Below are positions 43,942 to 58,030 of a DNA stretch of 64,000 bases, in pieces. The position numbers and the translations under genes are program-made. Within the stretch, counting starts at the first letter, position 1. Each line of letters begins with the position of its first letter. Below the pieces are notes generated by a model, which was not told the origin of the DNA, made no database searches, and saw only the letters and a list, made by a program, of their open reading frames with translations. This DNA comes from Octopus vulgaris (Eukaryota): assembly GCA_951406725.2 (NCBI GenBank), contig OX597821.1, positions 61,008,001 to 61,072,000 on the forward strand, given 5' to 3'.

Positions 43942-44500
43942 TTGAGTTGTCCGGAAAGTTCGGGCCGATTTACAGTAGCTTACACTTCGACTTATTTTAG
44001 AACATAGTTGAGTCCATAAAATAGGATTTGACTACACCTCCATTTAGAGCACAGTTTAAGCTAGCCTTTTGTGGAAGAAGGTTTATGTTCCTATAACCTG
44101 TGTTAATTCTGTAACCCTTCAAAATGGGAAAGTTCATTTTCGGCATTTGATGCTTTGGGAACCAGACAAAAATTGCTGCAGCTCGGCTGTGATGTGTTAC
44201 CCCCACCCTCCATATTCACCAGATATTACTCTTCGGATTTCCACTTATTCAGGTCTCTGCAGAATAGTCTTAATGGTAAAAATTTCAATTACTTAGATGA
44301 CGTAAAAAGATACCTTGATGAATTCTTTGCCATGAAACCACCTCAATTCTGGGAAGAGGGTATTTTCAAGTTAAAGGAAAGATGGAGACGCAGTGCGCAA
44401 CAAAATGGTTCATATTTTGTTGATTAAAAATGTAATGGCAAGTATTTATTGACCTTTTTCTTTCCTTTAAAAATCGGCACGAACTTTCCAGACAACTCAA
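43942..44500 (+). mobile_element. Internally deleted mariner (559 bp)
   Basis: 30-bp TIRs matching 28/30 and a TA TSD. N-terminal MGKVHFRHLMLWE is joined to C-terminal HPPYSPD..SDFHLFRSLQNSLNGKNF...GIFKLKERW. Confidence 0.93.
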
Positions 44501-45324
44501 TATATTGGCAAGCATTTCAAATAGCGTATTAAGGTAACAAAAGAAACAAAACTTAACTGACCAAGTGTTATGAACTAGGATAATTCATACAAATGGTGAT
44601 GTACTGAATGACAGGTAAAAGCATGTAAATCAATTGGTATTTAGTTCATATTTGGACAAAGAAAATAAAGTTTAATGGCAGTTGTTAGAGACTCTTAAAG
44701 GAAAGGAGCAATTATCATACGAAATTTGAATATCGGTGCTTAAGGAAAAGTTTGATCAGAACTACTTTGAACATATCTTATAACATCGGTGATGCGTAAT
44801 CTTCCTAAACCGCTCTTGATCTATGGTCCGAGATTTTTTGTTAGAAAAAGGGTGAAGAACAATTTTGGTCACTTTCATTTGCATAATTGCAAAATATAGC
44901 CGAGGAAATCAGTTCAAGTGGAACAGAGGCATGTATTTAAATAATTCAGTTACAATGACAGATATCGTTTCACTTGTTTCAGTCATTAGACTACGGTCAT
45001 GCTCTGGCTGGAGGAGTGGGGAGACAAACACAGACAAACACACCGATATATATAGGCCTCTCCAGAGTTTATGTCTACCAAATTCATTTTGCATGGCATT
45101 GGTCGATTCGGGTTATAGTAGAAAACGTTGGCCTAAGGTGCGGGACAGTAGGACTGATACGAAAGCACGAGGCTGCAAAACGAGTCTCTTGACCACCGAG
45201 TCATTAGTAAGTCTAACTTCTATAGAACATGACTGGTGTTCTCAACTTCTTGATTTACGGTTTTTCAAAACGCTTTTAGAGGATTTAATTTGTTTGATGC
45301 ATCTCATTTATTATCTTTTCTTTT

Positions 45325-45930
45325 ATAGGCGCAAAGCCTGAATTTTTGTTTTTTTTTGGGGGGGGGGGTGCAGTCAATTACATCGACCCCAGTATTTCAC
45401 GGGTATTTAATTTATCGAACCCGAAAGGATAAAAGGCAAAATCGACCTCGGTGGAATTTGAACTCAGAACGTAACGAAGGGCCACATACCGCTAAGCATT
45501 TCGCCCAGCGTGCTAACGATCTTTTTTGCCCACAAGAAGCTAAACATAGAAGGGACAAAGAAGGACAGACAAACGGATTAAGTCGATTACATCGACTCCA
45601 GAGCATAACTGGTACTTAATTTATCGACCCCGAAAGGATGAAAGGCAAAGTCGACTTCGGCGGAATTTGAACTCAGAATGTAGTGGCAGACGAAATACCT
45701 ATTTCTTTATTGCTCACAGGGGGCTAAACATAGAAGGGACAAACAAGGACAGATAAACGGATTAAGTCTATTACATCGACCCCAGTGCGTAACTGGTACT
45801 TAATTTATCGACCCCGAAAGGATGAAAGGCAAAATCGACCTCGGCGGAATTTGAACTCAGAACGTAACGGCAGACGAACTACTGCTAAGCATTTCGCCCG
45901 GCGTGCTAACGATTCTGCCAGCTCGCCGCC
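45325..45930 (-). mobile_element. SINE family B array (three units)
   Basis: Three repeats of ccgaaaggat(g/a)aaaggcaaa.tcgac.tcgg.ggaatttgaactcagaa; head ggcggcgagctggcagaatcgttagc at 45930. Confidence 0.85.
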
Positions 45931-48598
45931 TTCATCCCATTTAATATCATTGTTTCGTTCAGGCTCTAAAAGCAATAAAATATTTATTTATCTTGAGTGT
46001 GTTATCTATCATGATGATATGCATTCGCATCTTAAAAAGTTTTGCTTCTTCTCCACTATTCGTACAATCAATGAAATGATGTAGAGTATAAGGAGTAAAA
46101 ATTATTCTCATACAAAAGTTTGTAAATGTTTTTTCGATAAAACGGTAAGTATTCCGACACATCAGCAACACCACAGGGATATTTGTTTCTACGTTTTACT
46201 GCATTTAATCATCCAGTTTCATTCTAAATATATCTTAAATTTCATTGGTTATCCTAAGATTATATTTAAACACAAACTGCTAAAATGTATGGATTGAGTT
46301 AAAATAGAGAAAATGAACACGTTATATTAGTTTTGAACATAAAAAAAAGAAATAAGGCGAAAATCGATTGAGATGTCAGTAAAGAACTCTCACAGATTTA
46401 TGAGAACTTTCTCGATAACGTTCGATAACAATATCTGTTCATTTATACCCAAAACATGGGTAGATATGACTCCGTTTTACTTCATATCGTTGCAGCATAT
46501 GTTAATTGTAATTACAAATCAACTATTCTTCCATTTTTAATATTTTTCTCGTGGGAGAAGAAAGGTCATCATTTCTTCCACTTCCAATACATCCAAGTGG
46601 ATAAACAAATGTAGGATATACAAAAACAAAAAAATTATCTATCACCTGAACATTCATAGCACCATTGCCCTCTTTATCGCCGTAATCTCTAATCTTCGTT
46701 TCATTTTATATGGAATTCTAGGAGATAATATTAAATAATGGATGTGTTGCTTCTAATTAAAGCCGACTGAAACTATTTTCTCTGCAATTAATCAATTGAT
46801 AACTTAAGTTTGCAGCATTCGGTCGAGAACATAAAGATAAATAGATCAATAGAATGAGAAGCTGAGAAAGTAAGCATATATTAAATCGCATGGTAGAAGA
46901 ACAAGGCCATAATATGGCGAATAAATGTATTACTGTGCTGTAGTGTATGTGTGGGTGTGTGAGAGAGAGAGAGAATGGGAGAGAGTGAGTGGGTGTATGA
47001 GAGTATGTGTAAGAGAGAGAAAGGGTGTGTGTGTATCAGAGTGTGTGTGTGTGTGTCAGAGAGTGTGTGAGTGTGAAAGATAGTGTGCGTGTGTGTGTAT
47101 GCAAATACAGAGCATTTAATTGCTCCATAACTGTTTGGTTGGCTTATATATCAAACAAAACCTCACAAAGTCCTTCAACTTAACGCCCGCTAATGATATT
47201 TTCAATAGACGGCGAACTAGTTTCATGTCAGCAATATAAGTAATTTATGGAGTGCAATAAATTTCTTTAGAAGTGGAGAATTTACATATCTATATTAATC
47301 GAGAGTCGATCCATTCACCCACCCATCCATCTAGCCATCCATCTATACATACATACACACGCGCACACACACATGCATACACATATATATGTGTGTGTGT
47401 ATGTAAAAAGAGAGAGGGAATGAAAGAGAAAGCGGTTACGGAAGTCACTTCATTGTTGCTTAGAGATTCACACAATCGCACACATGCCGTATCTGTCTGT
47501 AATTATTCAGGCTATATTCATAAAGGAGTGTTCAAACCATAGATATATTTGTAAAGTTCATTTCTATTGGTTAATGTTTTCTCGCGTTAGAGCCATTGTT
47601 ATACTTTACAGACATTGTTCTTGAACCATTCTATATTGTCAAATGAGGTAACTCAGTTCTAGTGATTTATTTATTAATTATTTGGCGTAAATGAATCCGA
47701 TTTCCTATGGGAAACTGTTTATAGCCGATTTCTATGAATAGTCTTGTTGGAACTTCAAGAATTTCGGGAGACTTCCAAAAGTGAGCGCTGCATCATAATC
47801 TTGATCTCCGGTTAAGAAAAGTAGCTGGTGGCTTTAGGGTTTGGTGATTTTAATTTTGGTAAAGGGTCATAGTATCGTGACTCTTTAAAGTATGGCTCGG
47901 CCATATTGAGATCTTTTATGTTATTGGAGGAGATATCCTTATATGATTCTTTCTGAGAAAATTAGTTCATATCAATCAAAATACCCCATCAACCATACAG
48001 CAGGGTAGAATTAGGAAAAGAAAGCTAAACTGCTTTAATCTACTGCATAACTTAGAGATAACACTGAACATAGCATGTGATTTTATAACACCAGCAATAT
48101 ATCCTTACCAAACGCAGAGAAATACCATAAGTATTTGAGCCACGTAATATTAAGGTCGAATATTCATGCATGGGCAAAATAGCTTCCTAGATCAAATTCT
48201 ACAACAGAAAACTTAAAACTTATTCTACACAGTCTCCGCCCTGATATTCATCCTTTATTTAGCGAAATTTGTCTCAACGTTCGCTCAACGTATCCTCTCT
48301 AAAGAAGCACCAACCCTTCTACCGAGTAACAACCCTTCTAGTCGACATTGAAAGGAATGTTTGCATTTCTAAGAGCATAATCCAAAATATCCACTCATTC
48401 AGACATAAAAAAGTACGAAAAAAAATAACATTGAAAATGCCACGCCTCTGTTATAATTCGTCTGAAATATTCTCATGGCAGATCACTGTCAGTGCTAAGG
48501 TATATTTTGACAGGAGAGAAATTTGTCGAATTTAGATTATGAGCTTGATCATGAAAAGGCTTATAATATATTTTAAGGGAACGCATGTGTGTTGTTGT

Positions 48599-49495
48599 TA
48601 GTTAGTTAGTTAGTTAGTTAGTTAATTTGGCTCAAACGCAAATAGCAAGGCCATGTAGGGGGACATGGAGTTAAGTACAGGGTGGTGTTCATGTAAAGAG
48701 TTCAGGCCACTTGAGGTCCAGGGAGGCTTTGAACAAAGCGGTCGTCGGCATCTTCACCATCTCGTCTGGCAGCTTGTTCCACGGATCCGCAACCCGGACG
48801 GAGAAAGCTCCTCTCCTTCGATTGAGATGAAATCGTCGCAGGTAGAGCTTTTCGGAATGACCCCGCAGCCGACGCTCCGGAGCAGGAGTGAAGAACAGCT
48901 CTTTCGAGAGGTTACACTTCCCGCTTATGATGTTGTGGGCGAGAATGAGATCACCACGGCGGCGGCGTTTTTCAAGAGAATAAAGGTCGAGCGTCCTCAG
49001 CCTTTCTTCGTAGGACAAATTTTTGAGACCATGAACCATGCGGGTAGCCAGCCTCTGGACTCTTTCGAGATGCTGTATGTCTTTGAGGAGATAAGGAGAA
49101 GAGGCTTGAATCCCATACTCCAATATGGGTCTCACCAGCGTGACATAGAGTGGTAGGAATATGGCTGCTGTGAGCATTCCGAATGACCGTCGAATCAAAA
49201 ACAGAATTCCGCGCGCTTTGTTGGCAGCATGGACGCACTGGGCCGAAGGCGAAAAGGAGGATTCCACCAAGATACCCAGGTCCTTTACCTGATCGGTCCT
49301 CTCCAGCAGCAGACGACCCGGCTCGAAATCAAGTTGAGTTGCAGGAGTAGAGCCGACAGGCAGATGACAGCACTTTGACACGTTCAGACACAGGTCCCAA
49401 TCGTTAGACCACTTCCAAATTTGGTGGAGGCATCGACGAAGATCCTCTATACTACCGCGAGGAGCGACCAGTTTGATATCGTCGGCAAATAGAAT
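48599..49495 (-). mobile_element. CR1-type LINE, 5'-truncated, young
   Basis: Uninterrupted frame from LFADDIKL through KDLGI, LYVTLVRPILEY, LERVQRLATRMV, YEERLRTLDLYSLEKRRRRGDLI to a stop at 48689. Short 3'UTR and (TAAC)n tail at 48599-48624. Confidence 0.93.
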
Positions 49496-49536
49496 GTGTA
49501 TGTAATGTGTGTAGGCGAAGGATTATAGAAAATATT

Positions 49537-49583
<47 letters not shown>

Positions 49584-49787
49584 GTGTGTGGTGGGTTGTA
49601 TGTATGTGAAAGCCTGCGAATGTAAATAAAGGTGTCTAAGAAATGTTGTGGTATGGTGCCAACTAGGTGGATTTTATTTGTAAGCAAAAGTACAAACAAA
49701 AGCAAATTATGGTGGGAAAGCGTTTTATTTAACTTGCAGCTGTGAAACAAAGAAAAATGTTTTAAACACGATATATATATATGTCAT

Positions 49788-49822
<35 letters not shown>

Positions 49823-50699
49823 GTTAAAGTGAATCCAAACATGAAAACACAAAGAGAAATCAAAACAACGCGAGGACGTGGAACAAGTACAGTGTTATTA
49901 GACGCTGAAGAAAGGAAAGAAAAAAGTGGCATTCAATGTTTCGAGTGGAGCTATTCGTCAGAAACATAGAAAAACGAAAGATCCAAGGAAGGGAAGACAG
50001 AGGAAAAAAGCGCCAACGATACACACGCGGTCACATGTATGTATGTATGTAAATATATATATATATATTAGGTCATAGCCAAGTGAGACAACTAACATCA
50101 AATTCCATTCTTTTTTCGGAGCGACAGACATTGATGTTTCGTGTTCGTTGTGACTTCTCAATGCCGCGTACCGAGCAACGGGTCTACTGTGAGCCGTTCA
50201 ACTGGCTATGACTATATGCTAAATGGTTTAAGAACCATCTGCTGGCATGTCCCAACATGTCATGTCATGAAAAATGTTCAAATATGAATTAGCGAGGTGA
50301 GACAACTCACAGCATATATACATACACACACATACACACACACACATATATATATACATACATACGCACACACATACAGATATGTATATACACTTGCAAG
50401 AATGTTTGTGCTTGAGACTTGCCTAACTAAGTAAAATCCATGAGCCTACCTCATTTCTTTCCTCATAATATATTCTCCTAATATGCCTACTCCTTACATT
50501 CCCTATATCTAACTCCCACTTATATTTGGAAATCTTGTGAACTCACCCACCTACCCACCTCCTCCAATCCGTATGCACCACCCTATAACTTGGAAGTAAG
50601 GCTCCTGCTTCTTCTTTTACAATATCGCCATCTTTCTCTCTTCTCCATCTGACGAAGCCGTGTCTCTCTTCTAATGCAAGACACGTTTTCTGGCCCTTA

Positions 50700-51010
50700 A
50701 TACCCACCACACGGAAATTCTCCAGCAAGCAGGAATCTCCAGGGTTGAAGCCATCATTCAACGTCGTCCTCTAAGACGAGTCGGTCACGTAATGACGATG
50801 CCTGGTAATCGTCTCCCGAAAATGGTCTTCGAAGAGCTTTCAAATGGTGTTCGCCCACACGGGGAAGTCTAGAAGAGTATCAGGGACCATCTTAACATTG
50901 TCCTCAACTCCTGCAACATTCAAGCGGCATAACTTAAACACTTTGCTCGGAACCGGCAAACCTGGCGTTCCTCTGCGACGAAGGAACTGAACACTTTGAA
51001 ATAATCCGAC
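50700..51010 (+). mobile_element. RTE/BovB-type LINE 3' fragment
   Basis: LQQAGISRVEAIIQRRPLRRVGHVMTMPGNRLPKMVFEELSNGVRPHG...ARNRQTWRS. Confidence 0.8.
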
Positions 51011-51144
51011 GTGAGAAATTTGAGCCATCTCAGTCTCACCAGCAACATAGTGGGCATCTTGTTATCTGTCTTCCAGGATCGGACTGTTTTCAAATCTGTT
51101 AACGCACAAAATGTAGGATAAGGCTCCTACCACTTCCTCGCGTG

Positions 51145-51300
51145 GAGGGCGTTAGGAAGGGCATCCGACCGTAGAAACCATGCCAAAACAGACAATAAGT
51201 CTTTGTGCATTGTTCTGACTTGTCTGTTCCTGTCAAACAGCCCTACTCATGCTAGCATGGATAACGGGCATTAAATAATGATGACGATGATGATGATGAT
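51145..51300 (+). mobile_element. (GAT)n-tailed retroposon 3' end
   Basis: ggcgttaggaagggcatcc..gtagaaaccatgcc...agcatgga..cgggcattaaa followed by (GAT)n. Confidence 0.5.
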
Positions 51301-52896
51301 TGCCCTTAAAACTATATGTATAATTTCACCTTAATTAGTCTCGTTTTTATATGCTGGCCACCGATACCCTTTATTATTGTTATTGAAACATATATATGTG
51401 TGTGTGTGTATGTGTGTGTGTGTGTGTGTGTTTGTTTGTGCGCGTGTGTGTATGTATGTATGCATGTATGTATGTGTGTATGTGTGTATGTGTGTAACAG
51501 GTTGTCTAGTGGTACAGCAGGAAACCTGGAAATTGCCGGACTGTTGGCATAGTCATGTCTAATTTGTAGAAAGTAATTAGCTCATGTTCTGCAACATCTT
51601 GCTTCATAATACCATTTTATAATTGGTACTAATCTCGTTTAATCCGAGATAAGTGCATTACATGACTTTCCTGGATGCTCAGATGTAACTTCAAAACATA
51701 TGCGAGAAGGGAGATAAATATTCGTAGCTTGGAAATTGGCACATATAGTATATTTGTACTGCAGTGTAAATAATTACAAAACCAAGAATAATAATATGAC
51801 ATAATAAAGTTTAAACATATCACGGGACTAAAATATTATCTTTGTTAAATGAAGGTGAGAGACAAACGTTACCAAATCTTCCGTTAATGTTTGTAGTTAA
51901 CTGAAGCTAATTTTGTATAACCCTTTCGATTGGGTATTGCAAAATTAGAAGTGAAACATACAAACATAAACCACTTATAGGAGCCGTGTCCGGTAACTGC
52001 TGAAATAACACCAATAAAATTTCATCTTAGTTCGCATTTGCTGTCCTAATTAGCTAATCAATAATTGCATTGCTAATTTCTACAACCAAATGATCAAACT
52101 ACACGGAATTTAACACCGTGAAGGGTTAAAACAAGATACATAAAAGTATATCGGCGAGCATTAGATAAAGATAACGTTGTCAGTAAAGTAAGTTGTTTAC
52201 AAATTCAAATAGAATTTTCCAGACCCAACATCTGAAGAACTGCTACAACACATTTCATTATAAATTTAATAATCTAACTTCATTCCTTTTTATGTCTTCT
52301 GATATCAATCTGTTCTCAATAATTCGATCAGTGCATGAATACATTTACACCCACTCAGTAAAGTAAGTGATAAGGAACATTTAGTAATAAGCGAATTTTA
52401 GTTTATCTGAGTTGTGTTTATGTTGCAAGTTTAGAAGAAGAATGAATTGACAGAAAATATTCGCTAGTAAAAGAGAAACTAACAAAAAGGAAGGCTAGAA
52501 TTTCCACATTGGACCTCAATAGGAAGTGCTGGACTTAGCGCATGAGGTTATGTGGATTCGTATCCAATGTAACTATGTTATAGTTTTCATTAATAAAGCA
52601 TATGCTAATAAGATATAACATATTTTCCTGGAAGTGGCGTATTTTGATTTAATATTCTGTTGTTAGAAATATTTTCCTGTAGACATTACGATAATTTACG
52701 AGTCTATTATACACTTGATTAATCTTAAAAATCTGCTTTTGAAAGCCAATGTTAAATTCTAAGACCTTGCGGAGAATTTCCACGACGATTTGCACTTTTT
52801 CGAACTGTTCCTTCACAAAAAGCATCGTTTCAGACACATAATACACACAAATACAAGCAAGAATAAAAACACACCCAACCACACTCACACACGCAC

Positions 52897-52947
<51 letters not shown>

Positions 52948-53001
52948 AATATATTATCTTCGTTAAATTCTTATGAGACATAGAAGTTTATATTCGTTTA
53001 T

Positions 53002-53210
53002 TATTTCTTTACTAGCCACAAGGGGCTAAACACAGAGGGGACAAACAAAGGGATTAAGTCGATTACATCGACCCCCAGGGCATAACTGGTACTTAATTTA
53101 TCGACCCCCCAAAGGATGAAAGGCAAAGTCGACCACGGAGTAATTTGAACTCAGAACGTAACGACAGACGAAATATCGCTAAGCATTTCGCCCGATGTGC
53201 TAACATTTCT
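53002..53210 (-). mobile_element. SINE family B
   Basis: Matches the other family B copies. Confidence 0.85.
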
Positions 53211-55076
53211 GTATATATTCGTATTTATTCGTTTATCTACTATTTATAACTGCAAGCATTTTAACCAATAAGACATATTATAGATGACATTTAATGGTCA
53301 GAAACTTAGTGAGTATTTAAGCAATGTGATCGTGGATAGTTGGTGGGTTGGATGTAGTACTGATGAAAGTGCAATAACTCTTGAAATATGCATATACACC
53401 GATTACCCAGTTCTTCTATCTTTGATCTCATGGTTTACATTGACCTGTTTGTTTACGAAATGTCGTAACTTGAGTGCTGGATCTGAATTTTATAAAAAAT
53501 CTGTAAAGATAAACTTAAAATGAATACATACATACATAAATACATACACACACACACACAAAAAAAAATATATATAGATATTGGTATATATTTACATAGA
53601 GCACAAACGATATGGAAGATCTGAACAAAATATATAATTTCTTTATTCGACAGCTATTGCAAGGAAATTCAGACTTACATAGTAATCAAAATAACCATGA
53701 TTTGCAGATGAAATATGCAGAGAAGTCATGGGTGTGTAAACGGTATCTAGTCACAGGAGATATTACAATAAAACCGACGCCCCTCCTCAAGAAAAGATTG
53801 GCAACTAGTTTGAGGAATTCGTATGGCCGTGAAAGGTTTTTCTTTGTAGTTGTTTGTTTCTAGGCTTATATTTTGAGTCCTATGAATTTAGTTTGCCTCG
53901 CGATTAACAGAAAGAGAAAAGAGAAAAAGCAGTTTTAGTCAGCAGTTGTAGAAATATGGAATGATGTTTTCGTTCCAAATTATAGATTCTTGAGTATTTA
54001 AAGAATATTTACAACTTACCCAAAGGCGAGCAGTGTTGGGAAAGGTGTTAAGAGGATAAATTATCTGGACGATTTGGTTGAAGGGTATAATATTCCGTAG
54101 TTACTAATGTGTACAGAATGAATAGCGAGTTTAATTTGGAAGTAGCAATGATGGTTTACGTTGATAGCTACATACTTAGAGATCTACGATATGGCGTGTT
54201 TGCAACACAAGTCGGAAGATTACGGAAAATTACTAATGCAAAGTAATTAGTTTAGAGTTACTAATAATCTTATTAGGTGTAGAAGGTTTTAAGACCAAAA
54301 GATTAATGAGGCAATTAATCTTTTAGTATTATGGAAGTTGGTATAGGTAGGACTAAGAAATACTGGTTACTTCACATGATTGTTAGCTGTTGGTATAATC
54401 ACACCGTAGGTCAATCTTTGAATTGAGGTATGATTTATATTATAATTATTAATTATTGGTTCATTTATATAGATATATTTTAGTAAATTTCAATATAATA
54501 TTCGTAAATTTCAATTTCGTCGTATATGTAAGTATGCACGATTTGTGATTTGGTTTTAATGATTCTTTATAAGTAAGTAACGTATTCAAGCCGTATTATG
54601 ATTATTTGTATGTTTTAATAATTTTGTCGTACATATTCATGGTTACAATATGCACGTTTATAATTTGGGGACCAGGTTCATACATTATCGAACAAAATTT
54701 GGAATTTTGTCGACAGTTGTTTTGCACCGGCAGAAGTTGAGCTCCTACCTTCAGAGTCGAAATGACGTTTGTATCTAATAGGCAGCCGATGAGAGGAGTG
54801 TTCTATCCTTATGACCATAATTGTTCTTACTTTGCAGTGCTTTGAATTTGCGGTGTTTGTTTTTGTTTTTGAGTGCTATCCCTGCGTTATACAGATTCTT
54901 AGATCATAGTCTGCAAACAGTAAAATTGTCGTTATAAAGCAAATACGGAATACATACACACATATACTTTCATCTTTATCTATATATTTACATCTGTCTA
55001 TCTGTCTGCCAGTCTGTTTGTCTGTCTGTCTGTCTGTCTGCCTGCCTGCCTGTCTGTCTGCCTACCTGTCTGTCTC

Positions 55077-55119
<43 letters not shown>

Positions 55120-55165
55120 GTCTGCCTGTCTATCTCTCTGCCTGTTTATCTATCTATCTATCTGC

Positions 55166-55233
<68 letters not shown>

Positions 55234-55381
55234 TTTTATCTTATCCGCAAATCAATGATGTTACGTAACCTGCCTGTCTTTCCTACTATTGTTCATTATA
55301 ACTTCATTCATGTTTCTTCAATGTTTGGAGTTTATCATCTATTTTATTATTAGAATGGTGTCTTATCTGATACCTCCGTTT

Positions 55382-55640
55382 GGAGGCGCATGGATTGGTG
55401 TTTAGGGTGTAGGACGCATGATCGTAAGATTGTGGTTTCGATTCCTGGAACGGGTGATGCATTGACTCCTTGAGCAAATCACTTCACTTCACGTTGCTCC
55501 AATCCACACAGCTGGCAAATCCATGTATTCCGAGTATTCCTGCGACGGACCGGCGACCACTCCGGGTGGAGTATATATACACCACGGAGCCGGGAAACCG
55601 GCCCTATGCGTCGAAATGGCTCGGGAAGGAAGCTTTACTT
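55382..55640 (+). mobile_element. tRNA-type SINE family C
   Basis: Homologous to 42081-42337. Confidence 0.75.
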
Positions 55641-55866
55641 ACTTTATACATATCTATAAGAACATCAATATAGAGAAAGGTCCATGATGGTAAAGTTTGA
55701 GAAACGTAAAGTTCCAATTACAATCCGTGTGGATGGAATCAAGGTGGATGAGGAGAGATGCAGAAGGTCTGAGAAGGTAGGACAGATGAGGGTCCAAGCG
55801 TGGAGGAAGTTCAGTGAGTTAGGATCAAACTGGGATGACCACCTGGGTGTGTATTATATATGGTTT

Positions 55867-56035
55867 AAATGTACAGAAAAGAAAATACAAAGACAGGTGA
55901 GGAAACAAGAAGCAGGTGTATCAGTTTAAAGCTCGAGAAAAATTGAAAAGTCTTTCTGACATTTTCTCGAACATCAAACTAATGCTCCTGCTTCTTAATT
56001 CCTCACCTGTACCTGTTTTTTTTTCCTGCACATTT
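55867..56035. repeat. ~170-bp fold-back
   Basis: acaggtgaggaa..aagaagcagg pairs with cctgcttctt..ttcctcacctgt; tcgagaaaa pairs with ttttctcga. Confidence 0.7.
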
Positions 56036-56218
56036 GGCTGTGTGCTAAGAAACTTGCTTACCAACTACTTAGTTATGGGTTCAGTTGAGTGTGTGACAAC
56101 TTGGGCAATTATTTTCTACTTTAGCCATGGGCCGACCAAAGCCTTGTGAGTAGATTTGATAGACGGAAACTGAAAGAAGCCCGTCGGATATATATCTCTG
56201 TATGTATATGTATATATG

Positions 56219-56290
<72 letters not shown>

Positions 56291-56495
56291 TGTGTGTATG
56301 TGTTTGTCCCCGCATCACCACTTGACACACCTGTGTTGGTGTGTTTACGCCCCCGTAAGGTAGCGGTTCGGCAAAAAACGCCGATAGAATAAGTGCCAGG
56401 CTTTGAGAATAAGTACTGAGGGTGATTCATTCGACTTAAAATTCAAGACGATGACCCAGCATGGCCGCAGTATAATGACTGATTAATGTGAAAGA
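56035..56495 (+). mobile_element. SINE family A
   Basis: Head, central (TA)n(TG)n and tail as in the other copies. Confidence 0.8.
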
Positions 56496-56694
56496 TATGT
56501 GTGTGTGGGTGTGGGTAGTGGAATTTGAAATTATTTATTATTTTCAATGAATCTGCTGCTTAAATTAGTAACACTCACGTAATCATTTGAAATGTAAGTG
56601 CCATTGAATGTATTCGAAAAAGCAATAATTCGTTCCTGTCGATATGAAAATATTATAGGGCTCATGTTTCTGAATGTCTAACCTGCCCTTGAGT

Positions 56695-57166
56695 AAAATT
56701 TTGTTGAAAATTTAAAAAAAAACTTTTCAAAAGGTTTGATGAAAATTTCCAGATATATTTTCAAAAATCTTGATGAAAATTTTCAAAAAGCATTTCAAAA
56801 GTTGTGATGGAAATTTTCAAAAAACTTTTCAAAAACTTTGATGGAAATTTTCAAAAAACTTTTCAAAAACTTTGATGGAAATTTTCAAAAACTTTGATGG
56901 AAATTTTCAAAAAACTTTTCAAAAACTTTGATGGAAATTTTCAAAAACTTTGATGGAAATTTTCAAAAACTTTGATGGAAATTTTCAAAAAAGTTTTCAA
57001 AAAGTTTGATGAAAATTTTCAAATAACTTTTCAAAAGTATTGATGAAAATTTTCAAATAACTTTTCAAAAATATTGATAAAAATTTACAAAAGATTTTCA
57101 AAAGTTCTTATGAAAATTATCAAATAAAATTTTAATTAGCGAGGTGAGACAACTCACAGCATATAT

Positions 57167-57238
<72 letters not shown>

Positions 57239-57645
57239 GCACACACATACACATACAGATATGTATATACACTTGTTTTCAAAAATTTTGATGAAATTTT
57301 TCAAAAATTAAAAAAAATTTTGATGAAAGTTTTCAAAAAACTTTTCAAAAGTTTTGATGAAAATTTTCAGAAATATTCTCAAAAATTTTGATGAAATTTT
57401 CAAAAAAATTTTCAAGAATTATGATGGAAATTTTCATAAAACTTTTCAGAAATTTTGATGAATATTTTCAGAAAATTTTCAAAAATCTTGACGAAAAGTT
57501 TCAAAAAATTCAAAAATTTTAATGAAAATTTTGAAAAAACTTTTCAAAAAATTTGATGAAAATTCTCAGAAAATTTTCAAAAATTTTGATGGAAAGTTTC
57601 CAGAAAATTTTGATTAAAATTTTCAAAAATTTTGATGAAAACTTT
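56695..57645. repeat. Degenerate minisatellite of 21-33-bp units (aaaactttgatggaaattttcaaaaaacttttc)
   Basis: Tandem variants on both sides of an insertion at 57134-57275. Confidence 0.85.
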
Positions 57646-57647
57646 AT

Positions 57648-57743
<96 letters not shown>

Positions 57744-57987
57744 CATATATATGCATAAGCAAGTAGGATTTTAAATAGATGTAAACACGTCTTGGTATAA
57801 CCTCAGAGCTAGAAAAATATACGAGATCGCCTGTGTTTTCAAGAATATTTTCTCATTCGTTTAACCACAAATGAACTTATAGCAATATATGTAGATAGTA
57901 TGCATATATACATGTATGCATGCATACATACATACAGACGGACACACATACACATATATACATATATATACATAGATACATACATGC

Positions 57988-58030
<43 letters not shown>

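Noticed and set aside
45325-45930. Regularly spaced repeats resembling a CRISPR array
   Set aside because: Units are ~180-240-bp SINE bodies without unique spacers; eukaryotic context and no cas genes.
48665-49156. 163-aa plus-strand ORF
   Set aside because: Antisense shadow of the CR1 RT frame.
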